A stretch of 64,000 nucleotides of DNA from an uncultured bacterium. Its GTDB lineage: Bacteria; Desulfobacterota; Deferrimicrobia; Deferrimicrobiales; Deferrimicrobiaceae. Below, piece after piece: positions 49,701 to 60,832 of this stretch. The notes under the pieces were generated by a model. The model ran no database searches and was not told the DNA's origin. It worked only from the letters and a program-made list of their open reading frames with translations. The stretch is from the NCBI GenBank assembly GCA_963764045.1, contig CAVXQW010000003.1:4647-68646 (forward strand), in the 5' to 3' direction. Both the position numbers and the translations under genes were made by a program. Within the stretch, counting starts at the first letter, position 1, and every line of letters begins with the position of its first letter.

Positions 49701-50449
49701 ACCGTCACCTGGAGTGCAGGGGCCTGGTCAAGTCCTTCGGGGGCTTCAAGGCCGTCAACGATATGAAGATGGCGGTGAAGAAGGACGAGATCCGGGCGAT
49801 CATCGGCCCCAACGGCGCGGGGAAATCCACGATGTTCAACCTTCTGACGGGGTTCTACCCGGCTACCTCGGGGAAGATCTTCTACAAGGACGTGGATATA
49901 ACGCAGACTCCTGCGTACGGCCGCGTGAAGATGGGGTTCTCCCGTTCGTTCCAGACCCCGAAGATCTTCCCGGAGCTCACCGTTCGGCAAAATGTCTTCC
50001 TCGCGGTGCAGGCATACCACAGCAAGCCGTTCGATCTGAACATCTTTAAATTCCGCTCCCTGGACTTGCCTGGAAAAACGGGGGAGCTCCTCGGGGTCTT
50101 CGATTTCACGCCGCACGCGGACCAGCTGGCGGGGTCGCTCTCCCACGGGGACCAGCGGATCCTGGAGATATGCATGGCGATGGCGCTGGAGCCGGAGGTA
50201 CTCCTGCTCGACGAACCGACCTCCGGGATGTCGGAGAACGAGACGCAGAAGACGATCGACCTCCTGATGCGGATCTACAACGAGGATCCGATCACGATGG
50301 TCATCATCGAGCACGACATGCGGATCGTGAAGCGGATCTCCCACCGGATCACAGTGATGCACCAGGGGGGGCTGCTGGCCGAGGGGACGTACGAGGAGAT
50401 CGAGAAGAACGAGCTGGTCCAGAAGGCGTACTTCGGGGAGGTGCGGTGA
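49697..50449 (+). CDS. Liv-type ABC ATPase (LivG-like)
   Basis: GPNGAGKST, LSHGDQR, LLDEPTSG, IEHDM. Confidence 0.9.
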   Translation: MNRHLECRGLVKSFGGFKAVNDMKMAVKKDEIRAIIGPNGAGKSTMFNLLTGFYPATSGKIFYKDVDITQTPAYGRVKMGFSRSFQTPKIFPELTVRQNVFLAVQAYHSKPFDLNIFKFRSLDLPGKTGELLGVFDFTPHADQLAGSLSHGDQRILEICMAMALEPEVLLLDEPTSGMSENETQKTIDLLMRIYNEDPITMVIIEHDMRIVKRISHRITVMHQGGLLAEGTYEEIEKNELVQKAYFGEVR

Positions 50450-51153
50450 TGGATCTCCTCCGTATCGAGAACGTGAATAGTTTCTATGGGCGCAGCCACA
50501 TCCTCTTCGACGTCTACATCGATATGAAGGCGGGGGAGACGGTAGCGATCCTCGGGCGCAACGGCTCGGGGCGCACCACCACGCTCAAGACGATCATGGG
50601 TCTCATCACCCCGGCTTCTGGAAAGGTTTTCCTGGACGGGCAGGACATCACGGGGTGGTCCACCTACCGGATCGCCAAGAAGGGGGTGTCGTTCGTCCCC
50701 GAGGAGCGCCGCGTCTTCACCACGCTGACCGTCCGGGACAACTTGGAGGTGGCGTCGACGGTGGGAAAGAAAGGATACTGGACGCGGGAGCGGGTGCTCG
50801 ACCTCTTTCTTCCCTTGCAAAAGCTGCTGCATCGCAAGGGGGGGCACCTCTCCGGCGGGGAGCAGCAGATGGTGGCGGTCGCCCGTGGGATCATCCAGAA
50901 CCCGAAACTGCTGATCCTCGACGAACCGACGGAAGGGCTGGCTCCCGCCATCGTCCAGGACATCGTCGCGATGATCCGGACGATCAAGGAGCAGGGGGAC
51001 ACGGCGATCCTGCTGGTGGAGCAGGACGTGCGGACCACCCTCTCGGTGGCCGACCGGGTCTACGTCCTCGACAACGGGAATGTCGTCTTCCGCGGCACGC
51101 CGCAGGAGCTCGACGCCCGAAAGGACATCAAGAAGCACCACATGGGGGTTTGA
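50449..51153 (+). CDS. Liv-type ABC ATPase (LivF-like)
   Basis: GRNGSGRTT, LSGGEQQM, LDEPTEGLAP, LVEQ. Confidence 0.9.
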   Translation: MDLLRIENVNSFYGRSHILFDVYIDMKAGETVAILGRNGSGRTTTLKTIMGLITPASGKVFLDGQDITGWSTYRIAKKGVSFVPEERRVFTTLTVRDNLEVASTVGKKGYWTRERVLDLFLPLQKLLHRKGGHLSGGEQQMVAVARGIIQNPKLLILDEPTEGLAPAIVQDIVAMIRTIKEQGDTAILLVEQDVRTTLSVADRVYVLDNGNVVFRGTPQELDARKDIKKHHMGV

Positions 51154-51876
51154 GTGAAGGTCCTGCTGTTCGGCACCTGCCTCGTGGACACCTTCTTCCC
51201 CGAGGCGGGGGAGGCGATGGTGCGGCTGCTGCGACGGTTCGGGGCCGAGCCGGTTTTCCCGAAGGGACAGACGTGCTGCGGTCAGCCGGCGTTCAACGCC
51301 GGGTACGAGGCGCAGGCCCGCGCGGCGGCGGAGCATTTCCTCTGGGAGTTCGACGGCGACGACCCGATCGTCACCCCGTCGGGCTCCTGCGCTGCGATGG
51401 TCAAGCACCATTACCCCCGGCTGTTCCGCGACGATCCGAAGCGGCTCGCGAAGGCGCAGCGGGCGGGGGAGCGGATCTACGAGCTCACGCAGTTCCTGGT
51501 CCACGTGGCGAAGGCGCACGAAGCGGGGCTGCGCGGGAGCGGAACGGTCACCTACCACGCGTCCTGCCACCTGACCCGGTCGCTGGGCGTCCGGGAGGAG
51601 CCGTTGACGCTCCTCTCTTCGCTGAAAGGCGCGACCTTCCTCCCGATGCCCGACGCCGCCCGCTGCTGCGGCTTCGGCGGGACGTTCATGGCGAAACTGC
51701 CGGAGATCTCCTGCGCGCTGGCGGACGAGAAGGCCGCTTCCGTCGAGGCGACGGGGGCCGACACGGTGACGGGGTGCGATTCGGGCTGCCTCATGAACAT
51801 CGCGGATGCGATGCGGCGGCGGGGGACGAAGATCCGGGTCGTCCACATCGCGGAGCTGCTGGCGGAGGGACTGTGA
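51154..51876 (+). CDS. lutA: L-lactate utilization protein LutA/LldE (CCG domains)
   Basis: TCLVD, QTCCGQP, SGSC, YHASCH, CCGFGGTF, GCLMNI. Confidence 0.9.
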   Translation: MKVLLFGTCLVDTFFPEAGEAMVRLLRRFGAEPVFPKGQTCCGQPAFNAGYEAQARAAAEHFLWEFDGDDPIVTPSGSCAAMVKHHYPRLFRDDPKRLAKAQRAGERIYELTQFLVHVAKAHEAGLRGSGTVTYHASCHLTRSLGVREEPLTLLSSLKGATFLPMPDAARCCGFGGTFMAKLPEISCALADEKAASVEATGADTVTGCDSGCLMNIADAMRRRGTKIRVVHIAELLAEGL

Positions 51877-53241
51877 GCCACGAACAGACGAGCCTGGCGT
51901 TCCGCGAAAACACCGTGCGCGCTCTGGCGGACTCCCCCTTGCGGGCCGCGATGAAGCAGGCGGCCGACACGTTCGGGACGAAGCGCGCCGACGCGTTCGC
52001 CCCCGTGGCGGATCTCGAGGCGTTGCGGGACCGGGCCTCCGCGATCCGGGACGACGTGCTGGCGAACCTGCCGATGTACGTGGACCGGTTCGTCGCCTCC
52101 GCCACCCGCGCCGGGGCCGTCGTTCACAGGGCGAACGACGCGGCGACGGCGCGGGAGATCATCCGGAAGATCCTCGCCGACCGGGGAGCGCGCCGTATCG
52201 TCAAGGGGAAATCGATGGTCTCCGAGGAGGTGGACCTGAATTCCCACCTCGAGGCCGCGGGGATGGAGGTCGTGGAGACCGACCTCGGTGAATACATCAT
52301 CCAGATGGAAGGGGAGACGCCGTCCCACATCATCGTCCCGGCGATCCACAAGAACCGGCGCCAGGTGGGCAGGCTCTTCGCGGATCGTCTCGGGGTGCCG
52401 TATACCGACGATCCCCAGGTGCTGACGAAGATCGCCCGCAAGGCGCTCCGGGAGAAGTTCCTCTCCGCCGACGCCGGGGTCTCGGGGGCGAACTTCGCCG
52501 TCGCGGACACGGGGAGCCTCGTCCTCTTGACGAACGAAGGGAACGGGCGGATGGTGACGACCGTGCCCCCGCTGCACGTCGCGATCCTCTCCGTCGAAAA
52601 GATGCTCCCGTCGCTCGCCGACCTGCCGGCGTTCCTTCGCCTGCTTCCCCGGTCCGCGACGGGGCAGACGATCACCAGTTACGTCTCCGTCATCACGGGT
52701 CCGCGCAAGGCGGGGGACGCGACCGGGGCGAAGGAGCTGCACATCGTCCTCCTCGACAACGGCCGCACGGAGATCCTCGCCGGGGAGTCGCGCGACATCC
52801 TCAAGTGCATCCGGTGCGGCGCCTGCATGAACGTCTGCCCCGTCTACCGGATGGTGGGGGGACATGCCTACGGGTGGACGTACCCCGGGCCGATGGGGCT
52901 GGTTCTCACGACCCTGCTCACCGGGATGACGAAGTCGCATCCCCTCGTGGACGCGAGCACCGTCTGCGGCGCATGCGTCGAGGTGTGCCCGGTGCGCGTC
53001 CCCCTCGTCGACCTGATCCTCGGTCTTCGGCGGCGGAAGGTGCTGCGAGGGGTTCTCGGACCCGGCGGAGAGCGCGGGGATGGAGGCGTTCGGGAAGGCG
53101 GCCGCGTCGCCGACGCTCTTCGCCCTCGGACAGCGGATCGCCGGCGCGTTCTGGCCGGCGGTGCGCGCCCTGGGCGGGAAAGACGTGGCGGGGAGGATGC
53201 CGGCGCCCGCGAAGACCCCGCTGCGCCGGAGGCTGCGATGA
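51873..53241 (+). CDS. lutB: L-lactate utilization Fe-S protein LutB/LldF (frameshift near 53044)
   Basis: KGKSMVSEE, ETDLGEYI, PSHII.PAIH, NEGNGR, CIRCGACMNVCP, YPGPMG; true tail EGFSDPAE...RRRLR* in the shifted frame. Confidence 0.9.
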
Positions 53242-53735
53242 GCGGCGCGGACAGGGAACGGATCTTCCTCGAGAACGCCGCGACAGCTGCCGCCGGTACC
53301 CACTCCGTTTCGGATATGCGGGAACTTCTCTCGGTGCTTGGGCGGGTCGTCGCGATCGGTTCGCCGGTCTATTGCCCCGGCGTGACGGAGCTTGAAAGGG
53401 CGGCCGCGGCCTTCTTCCAGGTCCGGGTCGACGATTACGTGGCGGCGGCGGTGACGGTGGAGGAGGTTTTCGGTGCGATCGCCGAGACCGGAACGATCGT
53501 ATGCGTGAGCACCGGGGGCCGCGCGGTCCAGGCGGGGCTGCTTCCCGCGCACCACGTCGCGATCGTGCGACGGGAGCGGATCTTCGACACGCTGGACGAC
53601 CTCTTCGCCGCGGTGGCGGACGCTCCGCCCACGAACTTGACCCTGGTAACCGGACCCAGCCGCACGGCCGACATCGAGCTCACCCTGGCGATCGGCGTTC
53701 ACGGCCCCGAGAGGCTCGATATCATCGTTGCGTAG
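53238..53735 (+). CDS. lutC: LutC/YkgG (LUD domain) protein
   Basis: AIAETGT, TGPSRTADIELTLAIGVHGP. Confidence 0.85.
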   Translation: MSGADRERIFLENAATAAAGTHSVSDMRELLSVLGRVVAIGSPVYCPGVTELERAAAAFFQVRVDDYVAAAVTVEEVFGAIAETGTIVCVSTGGRAVQAGLLPAHHVAIVRRERIFDTLDDLFAAVADAPPTNLTLVTGPSRTADIELTLAIGVHGPERLDIIVA

Positions 53736-53739
53736 GATC

Positions 53740-54672
53740 TCACTCTCGGGTCGGAGCGCCACCCTCTTCGATTTTCGTGTTGCTCATCCGTTCCAGCACG
53801 AGCATCAACGCCTGGGTGCCGTGTTTTCCGCCCCCGTTGGCCTGCAGCGCCATGTACATCTGGTGGACCAGCGCGAGGCCGGGCAGCGGGAGGCTCATCC
53901 TTCGCGCCTCGTCGAGGGCGATCCCCATATCCTTGACGAAATGCTCGACGAAAAAGCCCGGATCGAAATTGCGCTTGAGGATCCTCGGGGCGAGGTTCGA
54001 CAGTGCCCAGCACCCTGCGGCGCCGCCGCTGATGGAGGAGAGCATCGTTTCGAGGGAGAGCCCTGCCTTGTGTCCGTAGATCAGTGACTCGCAAACGCCG
54101 ATCATGGTCCCGGCGATCACGATCTGGTTGCACATCTTCGCGTGCTGCCCGGTCCCGGGACCGCCCTGTCGGACGATCGTCTTCCCCATCGCCTCGAACA
54201 GGGGCATGAGGGCGGCGACGGGCTCCGGCTCGCCTCCGACCATGATGGAAAGGCGCGCCTCGCGGGCCCCCACGTCACCGCCGGATACGGGGGCATCCAC
54301 GGCGTGGACGTCCCCCCGCGCCTTCGCGGCATCGTAGATCTCCTTCGCCAGCGACGGTTCCGTGGTGGTCATATCCACGACGATGGTCCCGGCCCTGGAG
54401 CATGCCAACACGCCGTCCGGTCCGAGGTAGACCTCCCGAACGTCTGCGGGAAACCCGACCATGCTGAACACCACGTCGGATGATCCCGCGACGGCGCCGG
54501 GGGAGTCCGCCCATTTCGCTCCCTTTACGAGGAGGGGGCGGGCCTTCTCCTTCGTGCGGGAGTAGACGGTGACGTTGTACCCCTTCGCAAGGAGGTGTCC
54601 GCACATCGACAGCCCCATCACCCCGGTACCGATCCACCCGATGCGCGTCGTCTCCGCCGATACGTTTTTCAT
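53740..54672 (-). CDS. NAD(P)-dependent beta-hydroxyacid dehydrogenase (tartronate semialdehyde reductase / 3-HIBADH family)
   Basis: [36 protein letters not shown]. Confidence 0.88.
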   Translation of the reverse strand: MKNVSAETTRIGWIGTGVMGLSMCGHLLAKGYNVTVYSRTKEKARPLLVKGAKWADSPGAVAGSSDVVFSMVGFPADVREVYLGPDGVLACSRAGTIVVDMTTTEPSLAKEIYDAAKARGDVHAVDAPVSGGDVGAREARLSIMVGGEPEPVAALMPLFEAMGKTIVRQGGPGTGQHAKMCNQIVIAGTMIGVCESLIYGHKAGLSLETMLSSISGGAAGCWALSNLAPRILKRNFDPGFFVEHFVKDMGIALDEARRMSLPLPGLALVHQMYMALQANGGGKHGTQALMLVLERMSNTKIEEGGAPTRE

Positions 54673-54698
54673 ATTTCCTGGCCCCCTTGAATTGAGGA

Positions 54699-56058
54699 TT
54701 AGCGAATCGCCGTCGTGGCGAGACCGATCACAAGGTCGGCGACATTTGTTCCCGTTGGACCGGTGACGACCAGGTCTCCCAACGCCTCGAAGAACGGGTA
54801 CGCGTCGTTGCGGGAAAGGTGCGCGTCGGGATCGAGCCCGAGGGACGACGCGCGCGCAACGGTGGATCCGTCTGCGTACGCCCCCGCGGCGTCGGTGGGC
54901 CCGTCAACCCCGTCCGTCCCCGCGGCCAGGACGGACATCGCCCTCTCGCCGGCCAGTTCCACCGCCGCGGCGAGCGCGAACTCCTGGTTCCGCCCTCCCT
55001 TGCCGTTACCGCGCACGTTCACCGTCGTCTCCCCGCCGGCGATCATCGCGACCGCATGTCCCGGGGAAAGCGCCTCCGCGGCCTTCCGCAACCGGGCACA
55101 GAACGAACGGGCGCATTCCCTTGCCTCTCCATGAAGGAAGCCGGGCAGGAGGACGATCGCGGTTGGACTCGTGTCCGGTTCCTGCGCCATCCGCAGCGCC
55201 GCCGCGTCGATCGCCGTCCGGTTCGCTCCGAGGAGCGCCGAAGTGGTTCCGAGGAAAGCGGGGTCGTCCGATTTCGGGGTTTCCGGGATGGAGCCGGCCG
55301 CGCCTTCGGCAAGGTGCCGACGCACCGCCGAAGGAACCGCGTAAAAGATGCCGTATCGCTCGAGGATCCCGATCGCGTCCGCAAACGTCGTCGGGTCGGG
55401 GGAAAAAGGCCCGGAGGCGATCACGGACGGGTCGTCGCCGGGAACATCCGAAAGGAGCAGCGCCCACGTGGTCGCGGGCTGCGCCGCCCTGGCGAGCAGC
55501 CCCCCCTTGACCTCGGAGAGATGCTTGCGCACCGCGTTGAACGACGCGATGTCGGCTCCTGCCCGCAGGAGAAGACGGAACGTTTCGGACTTTTCCTCCA
55601 CCGTGATTCCCGGGACCGGCGCGGACAGCATGGCGGAACCGCCGCCCGACACGAGGGCGACCACGAGGTCCCCTTCCCCGGCGGATTCCAGTACCGAGAG
55701 GACCTCGCGCGCCGCCGTGAGGCTGAAGATGTCGGGGACGGGGTGCCCGGCCGCTACGAATTGCACCGGGCCCGACTGCCCTTCCGCGCCGCGTGGGACG
55801 GCGATCACCCCGCCCGCGACGCGTTTCCCCAGCGCCGCGAGCGCCGCCTCCCCCATCGCCCTTCCGGCCTTTCCGGCCCCGACGAGGTGGATATTCCACA
55901 GGGACGATAGCGGGATCGCCGCCCGGACGCCCCCTGCGGCGAGCACGACGGCAGTCCCCTTCCACGCGCAGCGCGGACGCGACGAGGCGCCCCGGGTCGA
56001 CCGCTTCCACGGCGGCATGGAAGCACCGGACCAATCGTTCCTTGTCCGAGGGAGGCAT
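54699..56058 (-). CDS. Glycerate 2-kinase, MOFRL/TtuD family (frameshift near 55956)
   Basis: [66 protein letters not shown]. Confidence 0.9.
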
Positions 56059-56062
56059 CTCC

Positions 56063-57496
56063 CTAGGGGGCAGTCCCTTTGACGCAAGGGATCGCGTACG
56101 GCCCCTCCACGATAAAGGCGACCGACGGCTTCCTGTCTCCCCATTTCGGGTGGTGGAAGGCGTACACAAGGGCGTTCCGGACCATCGACTGCGTCGCCTC
56201 CCCGTCCCCCGGAAAGACGCGGGGCGGCAGGAAGTCCCAACCCGGTGTGCCGGGAATCAGCCGCTGCTCCTGCTCCGGGATGAAGGCGGTGCAGTAAAGA
56301 ATCCCCTCCTCGCCGATTTTCTCCATCACCTTTCCCCACATCTGCGGCTCCCACTGATCCCGGGTGAACTTCCATGCCGGGTTGAGCAGCGCGGCGAGAT
56401 AGCCGTCCGCCCCCTGCAGTTTCAGGAGTTGGAGAAGGGTCTTGTAGGAGGCCGGGCCGATCGGATCCTGGTCCCGCTCGCACGCCGCAAGGATCAGAAA
56501 GCCGTTCTCCCGCACGATGGGGAGGGCGTTGCATGCCGCCTTCGCGTTCTGATAGTGATTGATCCCCACGTACCCGCCGTGGGTCAGGACGATGTCGTAC
56601 TCCCGCTCCACCGGGATCGACACGACGCGGCGGACCAGTTCCACCGCCTTGTCGTGGGATTCCTCGAGATCGCCGGAGAAGACGCCGATCAGCTCGAGAC
56701 GGCGGTTCAGGACGGTGTTGATGATGAAATCCACCCCGGTCTTGCGGGCGATCTCCAGCGATTCCTCGTGGCAGGGGTTCCCTTGGAGGATCAGGTTCGT
56801 GGCCTTCGGGGAGGAGAGGAACTGTGCGCTATGAAAACGCTCGATCGTTTTACGGCTGACGAGTGCGGGACAGATCGCCTTTCGCCCGGCCGACACCCCT
56901 GCCATGAAGTGGCTCTCCACCAGCCCGGTGGCGATTTTCACATCCGCTTCGATGAAGTGGCGGTTGATCTGGATTTCCGTGCCGCTGCGGGTTCTGCCGA
57001 TGTCCGTCAGCATCGACTCGTCGTCGCAGACGTGGTCGATGATCCGGAACTCCTCCGCCACCCGCTCGCCGAACATCGCGACCTTCTCCTGCGCGGTGCT
57101 GGGGCGATGGGTTCCGGTCCCGACGAGGAGCGTCACCTTTTCCCTCCGGACGCCGCATTCGTGGAGAATCCGGAGGAGGGGATCGAGGATCCCGCCCTCT
57201 CCCTTGTACGGGACGGGACGGGTGATGTCGGAGGTGGTGATGCACACGGACAGGTCCCGCGCGGGTTTTCCCTTCCCCGCGATGATCTTCGCGAGGGGGG
57301 GGGTGCCGACGGGATCCTCGAAGGAGCGGCGGATCTCCTCCGCGGGGCGGGCGAGGGGAGCGAACTCCCGCATCCCCAGCGTCTTGGCGCCGGGGGGCAT
57401 GAGGACCTCGATCGTGCGGTCCCCATGCTCGATCTCCACCGGTTTCCATCCACCGATGTCGGCGCCGCGGACGATGTCGGCGATGTCGGGCCGCAC
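56063..57496 (-). CDS. larA: LarA family nickel-pincer-nucleotide-dependent 2-hydroxyacid racemase/epimerase
   Basis: SDITRPVP, GTGTHR, SHFMAGVSAGRK, GNPCH, NHYQNAKA correspond to the conserved LarA active-site motifs. Confidence 0.85.
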   Translation of the reverse strand: MRPDIADIVRGADIGGWKPVEIEHGDRTIEVLMPPGAKTLGMREFAPLARPAEEIRRSFEDPVGTPPLAKIIAGKGKPARDLSVCITTSDITRPVPYKGEGGILDPLLRILHECGVRREKVTLLVGTGTHRPSTAQEKVAMFGERVAEEFRIIDHVCDDESMLTDIGRTRSGTEIQINRHFIEADVKIATGLVESHFMAGVSAGRKAICPALVSRKTIERFHSAQFLSSPKATNLILQGNPCHEESLEIARKTGVDFIINTVLNRRLELIGVFSGDLEESHDKAVELVRRVVSIPVEREYDIVLTHGGYVGINHYQNAKAACNALPIVRENGFLILAACERDQDPIGPASYKTLLQLLKLQGADGYLAALLNPAWKFTRDQWEPQMWGKVMEKIGEEGILYCTAFIPEQEQRLIPGTPGWDFLPPRVFPGDGEATQSMVRNALVYAFHHPKWGDRKPSVAFIVEGPYAIPCVKGTAP

Positions 57497-57507
57497 GTTT
57501 TCCCTCC

Positions 57508-58215
57508 CTACATCCCGAGGTACGCCTGGCGCACCAAGTCGGACTTCAGCATTTCCTCCCCGCGTCCCTCGAGGACGATCCGCCCCGTCTGGAGCACATA
57601 CGCCCGATCGGAGATGTGGAGCGCCTCGAAGACGTTCTGCTCGACCAGGAGCACGGTAAGTCCGTTCTTCGAGATCTTGCGGATGGTCTCGAAGATCTCC
57701 GAGACCAGCTTCGGCATGATCCCGAGGGACGGCTCGTCGAGCATCAGGAGGCTCGGCTGCGACATCAGCCCTCGACCGATCGCCAGCTGCTGCTGCTCGC
57801 CGCCGGAGAGCGTCTCGGCCCGCTGCCCCTTGCGCTCCGCCAGTCGCGGGAAGAGGCCGAGAACCGTCTCGAGCGTCTCCTGCGTCCGCGATTTCGAATC
57901 GATGGCGTACGCCCCCATGAGCAGATTGTCGATCACGGAGAGTCGGCCGAAGAGCTGGCGCCCCTCCGGCACCATGGCGATCCCCCTCCGTACGATGTCG
58001 TACGCCGGGACGGCGTGGAGGGCCTCGCCGTTGAAGAGGATCTCCCCGGACCGGGGCCGCAGGAGGCCGGAGATCGCCCGCAGGACGGTGCTCTTCCCCG
58101 CCCCGTTGGAACCGACGAGGCTCACCACCTCGCCCTTTTTCACGGAAAAGGAGATGTCCTGGACCGCGAGGACCCCGCCCTTGTATCCGATGGAGGCGTT
58201 CCTGATTTCAAGCAT
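57508..58215 (-). CDS. Liv-type ABC ATPase (LivF-like)
   Basis: GSNGAGKST, VPEGR, LSGGEQQ, LDEPSLG. Confidence 0.9.
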   Translation of the reverse strand: MLEIRNASIGYKGGVLAVQDISFSVKKGEVVSLVGSNGAGKSTVLRAISGLLRPRSGEILFNGEALHAVPAYDIVRRGIAMVPEGRQLFGRLSVIDNLLMGAYAIDSKSRTQETLETVLGLFPRLAERKGQRAETLSGGEQQQLAIGRGLMSQPSLLMLDEPSLGIMPKLVSEIFETIRKISKNGLTVLLVEQNVFEALHISDRAYVLQTGRIVLEGRGEEMLKSDLVRQAYLGM

Positions 58216-58939
58216 GGTAGCGATCCCCCAGGTAGGCCTGGATGACTTCCGGGTTCCGCACGACGTCCGCCGGCGATCCCTCGACGATCTTCCGTCCCGA
58301 GTTGATGACCACCACCCGGTCCGACAGCTGCATGACCGCCTCCATCACGTGCTCCACGATGATCAGTGTAACGCCGTTCTCGCGGACCTTCCGGAGCAGT
58401 CCGATCATTTCCCGCAGTTCCACGGGGGTCAGGCCCGCCATCGCCTCGTCGAGCATCAGCAGGGTGGGCTCCGTGCCCAGCGCCATCGCGACCTCGAGCC
58501 GCTTCTTGTCGGCGATCGTGATGTCCGTCCCCAGGAAGTCCCTTTTCTCGTACAACCCGGCGAACCGCAGGATCTCCCCGGCCTTCTCCCGCACTTTCTT
58601 CCGATCGTAGGTGCGAAGGAAGGTTCCCGTCATGACGTTTTCCAGTACGGTCATGTCGCTGATCACCTGGACGATCTGGAATGTCCGGGCGATCCCCAGC
58701 TTGCAGATCTTGTGGGCGCTGGCGGTCGTGATGTCCTTTCCACGGAAGAGGACCTTTCCCGCGTCGGGCCGGTAGAACCCCGTGATGCAGTTGAAGAGGG
58801 TGCTCTTCCCCGCGCCGTTGGGACCGATGATGCTCAGGATCTCGCCCGGATCCACGGTGAAGGAGATGTCCTCGGTCGCGGTCAGCCCGCCGAACCGCTT
58901 CGTGATCCCCTCGACTTTAAGAACGGGGACCGCGGTCAT
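58208..58939 (-). CDS. Liv-type ABC ATPase (LivG-like)
   Basis: KRFGGL, GPNGAGKST, LDEAMAGL, VEHVM, AYLG. Confidence 0.9.
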   Translation of the reverse strand: MTAVPVLKVEGITKRFGGLTATEDISFTVDPGEILSIIGPNGAGKSTLFNCITGFYRPDAGKVLFRGKDITTASAHKICKLGIARTFQIVQVISDMTVLENVMTGTFLRTYDRKKVREKAGEILRFAGLYEKRDFLGTDITIADKKRLEVAMALGTEPTLLMLDEAMAGLTPVELREMIGLLRKVRENGVTLIIVEHVMEAVMQLSDRVVVINSGRKIVEGSPADVVRNPEVIQAYLGDRYHA

Positions 58940-59902
58940 TTCGCCCTCCTTCGGATCGAGGTGAGGTATCCCCAGACGCCCTGGGGCTGGTATGCGGAGA
59001 TCACCATGATGAGCGCGCCGTAGATCATCATGTCGATGCCCGTCCCCTTGTACCCCAGCCACACCCGGGTGATCTCGGACAGGGGGAGCAGGATCGCCGC
59101 CCCGATGACCGGCCCGATGATCGTGCCGGCCCCGCCGAGCATCGCCACCAGGACGACCTGCACGGAGATGGGGAGGATGAAAACGCTCTCCGGGTCGATG
59201 TAGAGGATGTACTGGGCGTAGAAGGTCCCCGCCATGGCGGTGAGGAACGCGCTGATCATGATCGCGTAGAGGCGGTAGCGGACGAAGCTGATCCCCATTC
59301 CCTTCGCGAGCTCGTGGCTCTCCTTGATCGCCTTCAGGTAGAACCCCATCCGGTTCGTCGAGATGTACCAGCAGATCAGCACCGAAAGGAGAAGGAAGGC
59401 GAGGATGATGTAGTAGTAGGGAACCTTGGAGGAGTGGAACATGAAATTGCGGAGCGACTCGGGAAGCAGCGGCAAGGAGAGCCCCTCGGCGGCCGCGACG
59501 AACTTCCAGTTGTTGAAGTGGATCCGGACGATCTCGGCGAAGGCGATGCTGGCGATGGCGAAGTAGTGCCCCCGCAGGTTGGAGCACGGGATGCCGATCG
59601 CGGCCCCCATGAGCGCGGCGAGGACGCCCCCCGCGACGAGGCCGATCCACGGGTTCACGTTGTAGTTCATCAGCAGGATGGTGGAGGTGTACGCCCCGAT
59701 CCCGAAGAAGGCGGCCTGGCCGAAGGAGAACATCGCGGCGTACCCTCCCAGGATGTTCCACGCGACGCCCATCATGGCGAAGAGGAACACCATGATCATG
59801 ACGTGGGTGGGGAAGGTTCCGTGGACGACCAGCGGGAAGGCGATCAGTGCGACGACAAGGAGGATGTAGAAGCCGATCCGGCGGTATGGAGAGGTTTCCC
59901 AT
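58936..59902 (-). CDS. Liv-type ABC permease (LivM-like; frameshift near the start)
   Basis: WNILGGYA, SFGQAAFFGIGAY, GHYFAIA, LGGAGT; the ATG at 59902 is out of frame by one base. Confidence 0.88.
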
Positions 59903-59904
59903 GG

Positions 59905-60765
59905 TCACCACCCCATCAGGCCTTGCGGCCGGATCCAGACGGTGACGAGGTACAGGGCGAAGACGATGGCGTACTTGTACGCCGGGTCGAAGAAGTACCC
60001 CCCGAGCGTCTGGACGATTCCGATCAGTATCCCCGCGATGAACGCCCCTTCGATGCTTCCGAACCCCCCCATGGCCACGATGCAGAAGGAGAGCAGGCCG
60101 AACGTCCCGCCCACCTGCGGGTAGATGTAGTAGTACATCGACAGGAACGCCCCTGCGATTCCCACCAGGGAGGATCCGATGGCGAAGGACAGGGCGTTCA
60201 CCCGTTCGGTGTTGATCCCCATCAGCAGGGCCGAGCTGCGGTTCATCTCGACGGCCAGGATCGCCTTCCCCGTCTTGGTCTTTCTCAGGAAAAGGAAGAG
60301 GGCCAGCGACACCGCGACGCTGCCGATGGAGGCGACCGCCTTCGGGATCGAGAGCCGAACGGGGCCCAGGATCCATGTGCCGTGCAGCAGCGGCTTCTCG
60401 ATCATCCGGAAGTCGGGCGACCACAGGAAGACCGCGGCGTTCGCGATGAAGATGGAGACGCCGAACGTCACCACGACCTGCGCCAGTCCGGGCCCCGTCA
60501 TCACTTTGCTCACCACGTACTTGTAGATGAGCCAGCCGAGGAGGAAGAGGAGCACGGCGCATACCGGGATGGAGAGGAGGGGGTCCACCCCGTAGAGGGT
60601 GTACAGCCAGAAGGAGGTGAACATGCCGATCATGAGGAAGTCGGCGTGGGCGAAGTTGACGATGTTCATCACGCCCCAGATCAGGGTGAGGCCGACGGCG
60701 ATCAGGGAGTACATGAAGCCGATGAGCAGGCCGTTTATGAGTTGCGCCAGCAGTTGTTCGGACAT
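59905..60765 (-). CDS. Liv-type ABC permease (LivH-like)
   Basis: GLTLIWGVMNIVNFAHA, MGGFGS, IRPQGL. Confidence 0.9.
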   Translation of the reverse strand: MSEQLLAQLINGLLIGFMYSLIAVGLTLIWGVMNIVNFAHADFLMIGMFTSFWLYTLYGVDPLLSIPVCAVLLFLLGWLIYKYVVSKVMTGPGLAQVVVTFGVSIFIANAAVFLWSPDFRMIEKPLLHGTWILGPVRLSIPKAVASIGSVAVSLALFLFLRKTKTGKAILAVEMNRSSALLMGINTERVNALSFAIGSSLVGIAGAFLSMYYYIYPQVGGTFGLLSFCIVAMGGFGSIEGAFIAGILIGIVQTLGGYFFDPAYKYAIVFALYLVTVWIRPQGLMGW

Positions 60766-60832
60766 GGTTGGCCCCTCTCGGAATGTTGGCGGGGGAGGGG
60801 AGCCGCGGGCGGCCCCCCTCCCCCGCGAAACG

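Noticed and set aside
50655-53735. 1026-aa ORF suggesting a LutB-LutC fusion
   Set aside because: A one-base insertion near 53044 shifts LutB into the LutC frame. The natural LutB tail and an overlapping ATGA junction (53238-53241) are present.
55793-59023. Very long opposite-strand ORFs (also 17112-19300, 33881-36451, 12548-14515, 51552-53762)
   Set aside because: These are antisense shadows of well-supported genes, expected in high-GC DNA, and carry no recognisable motifs.
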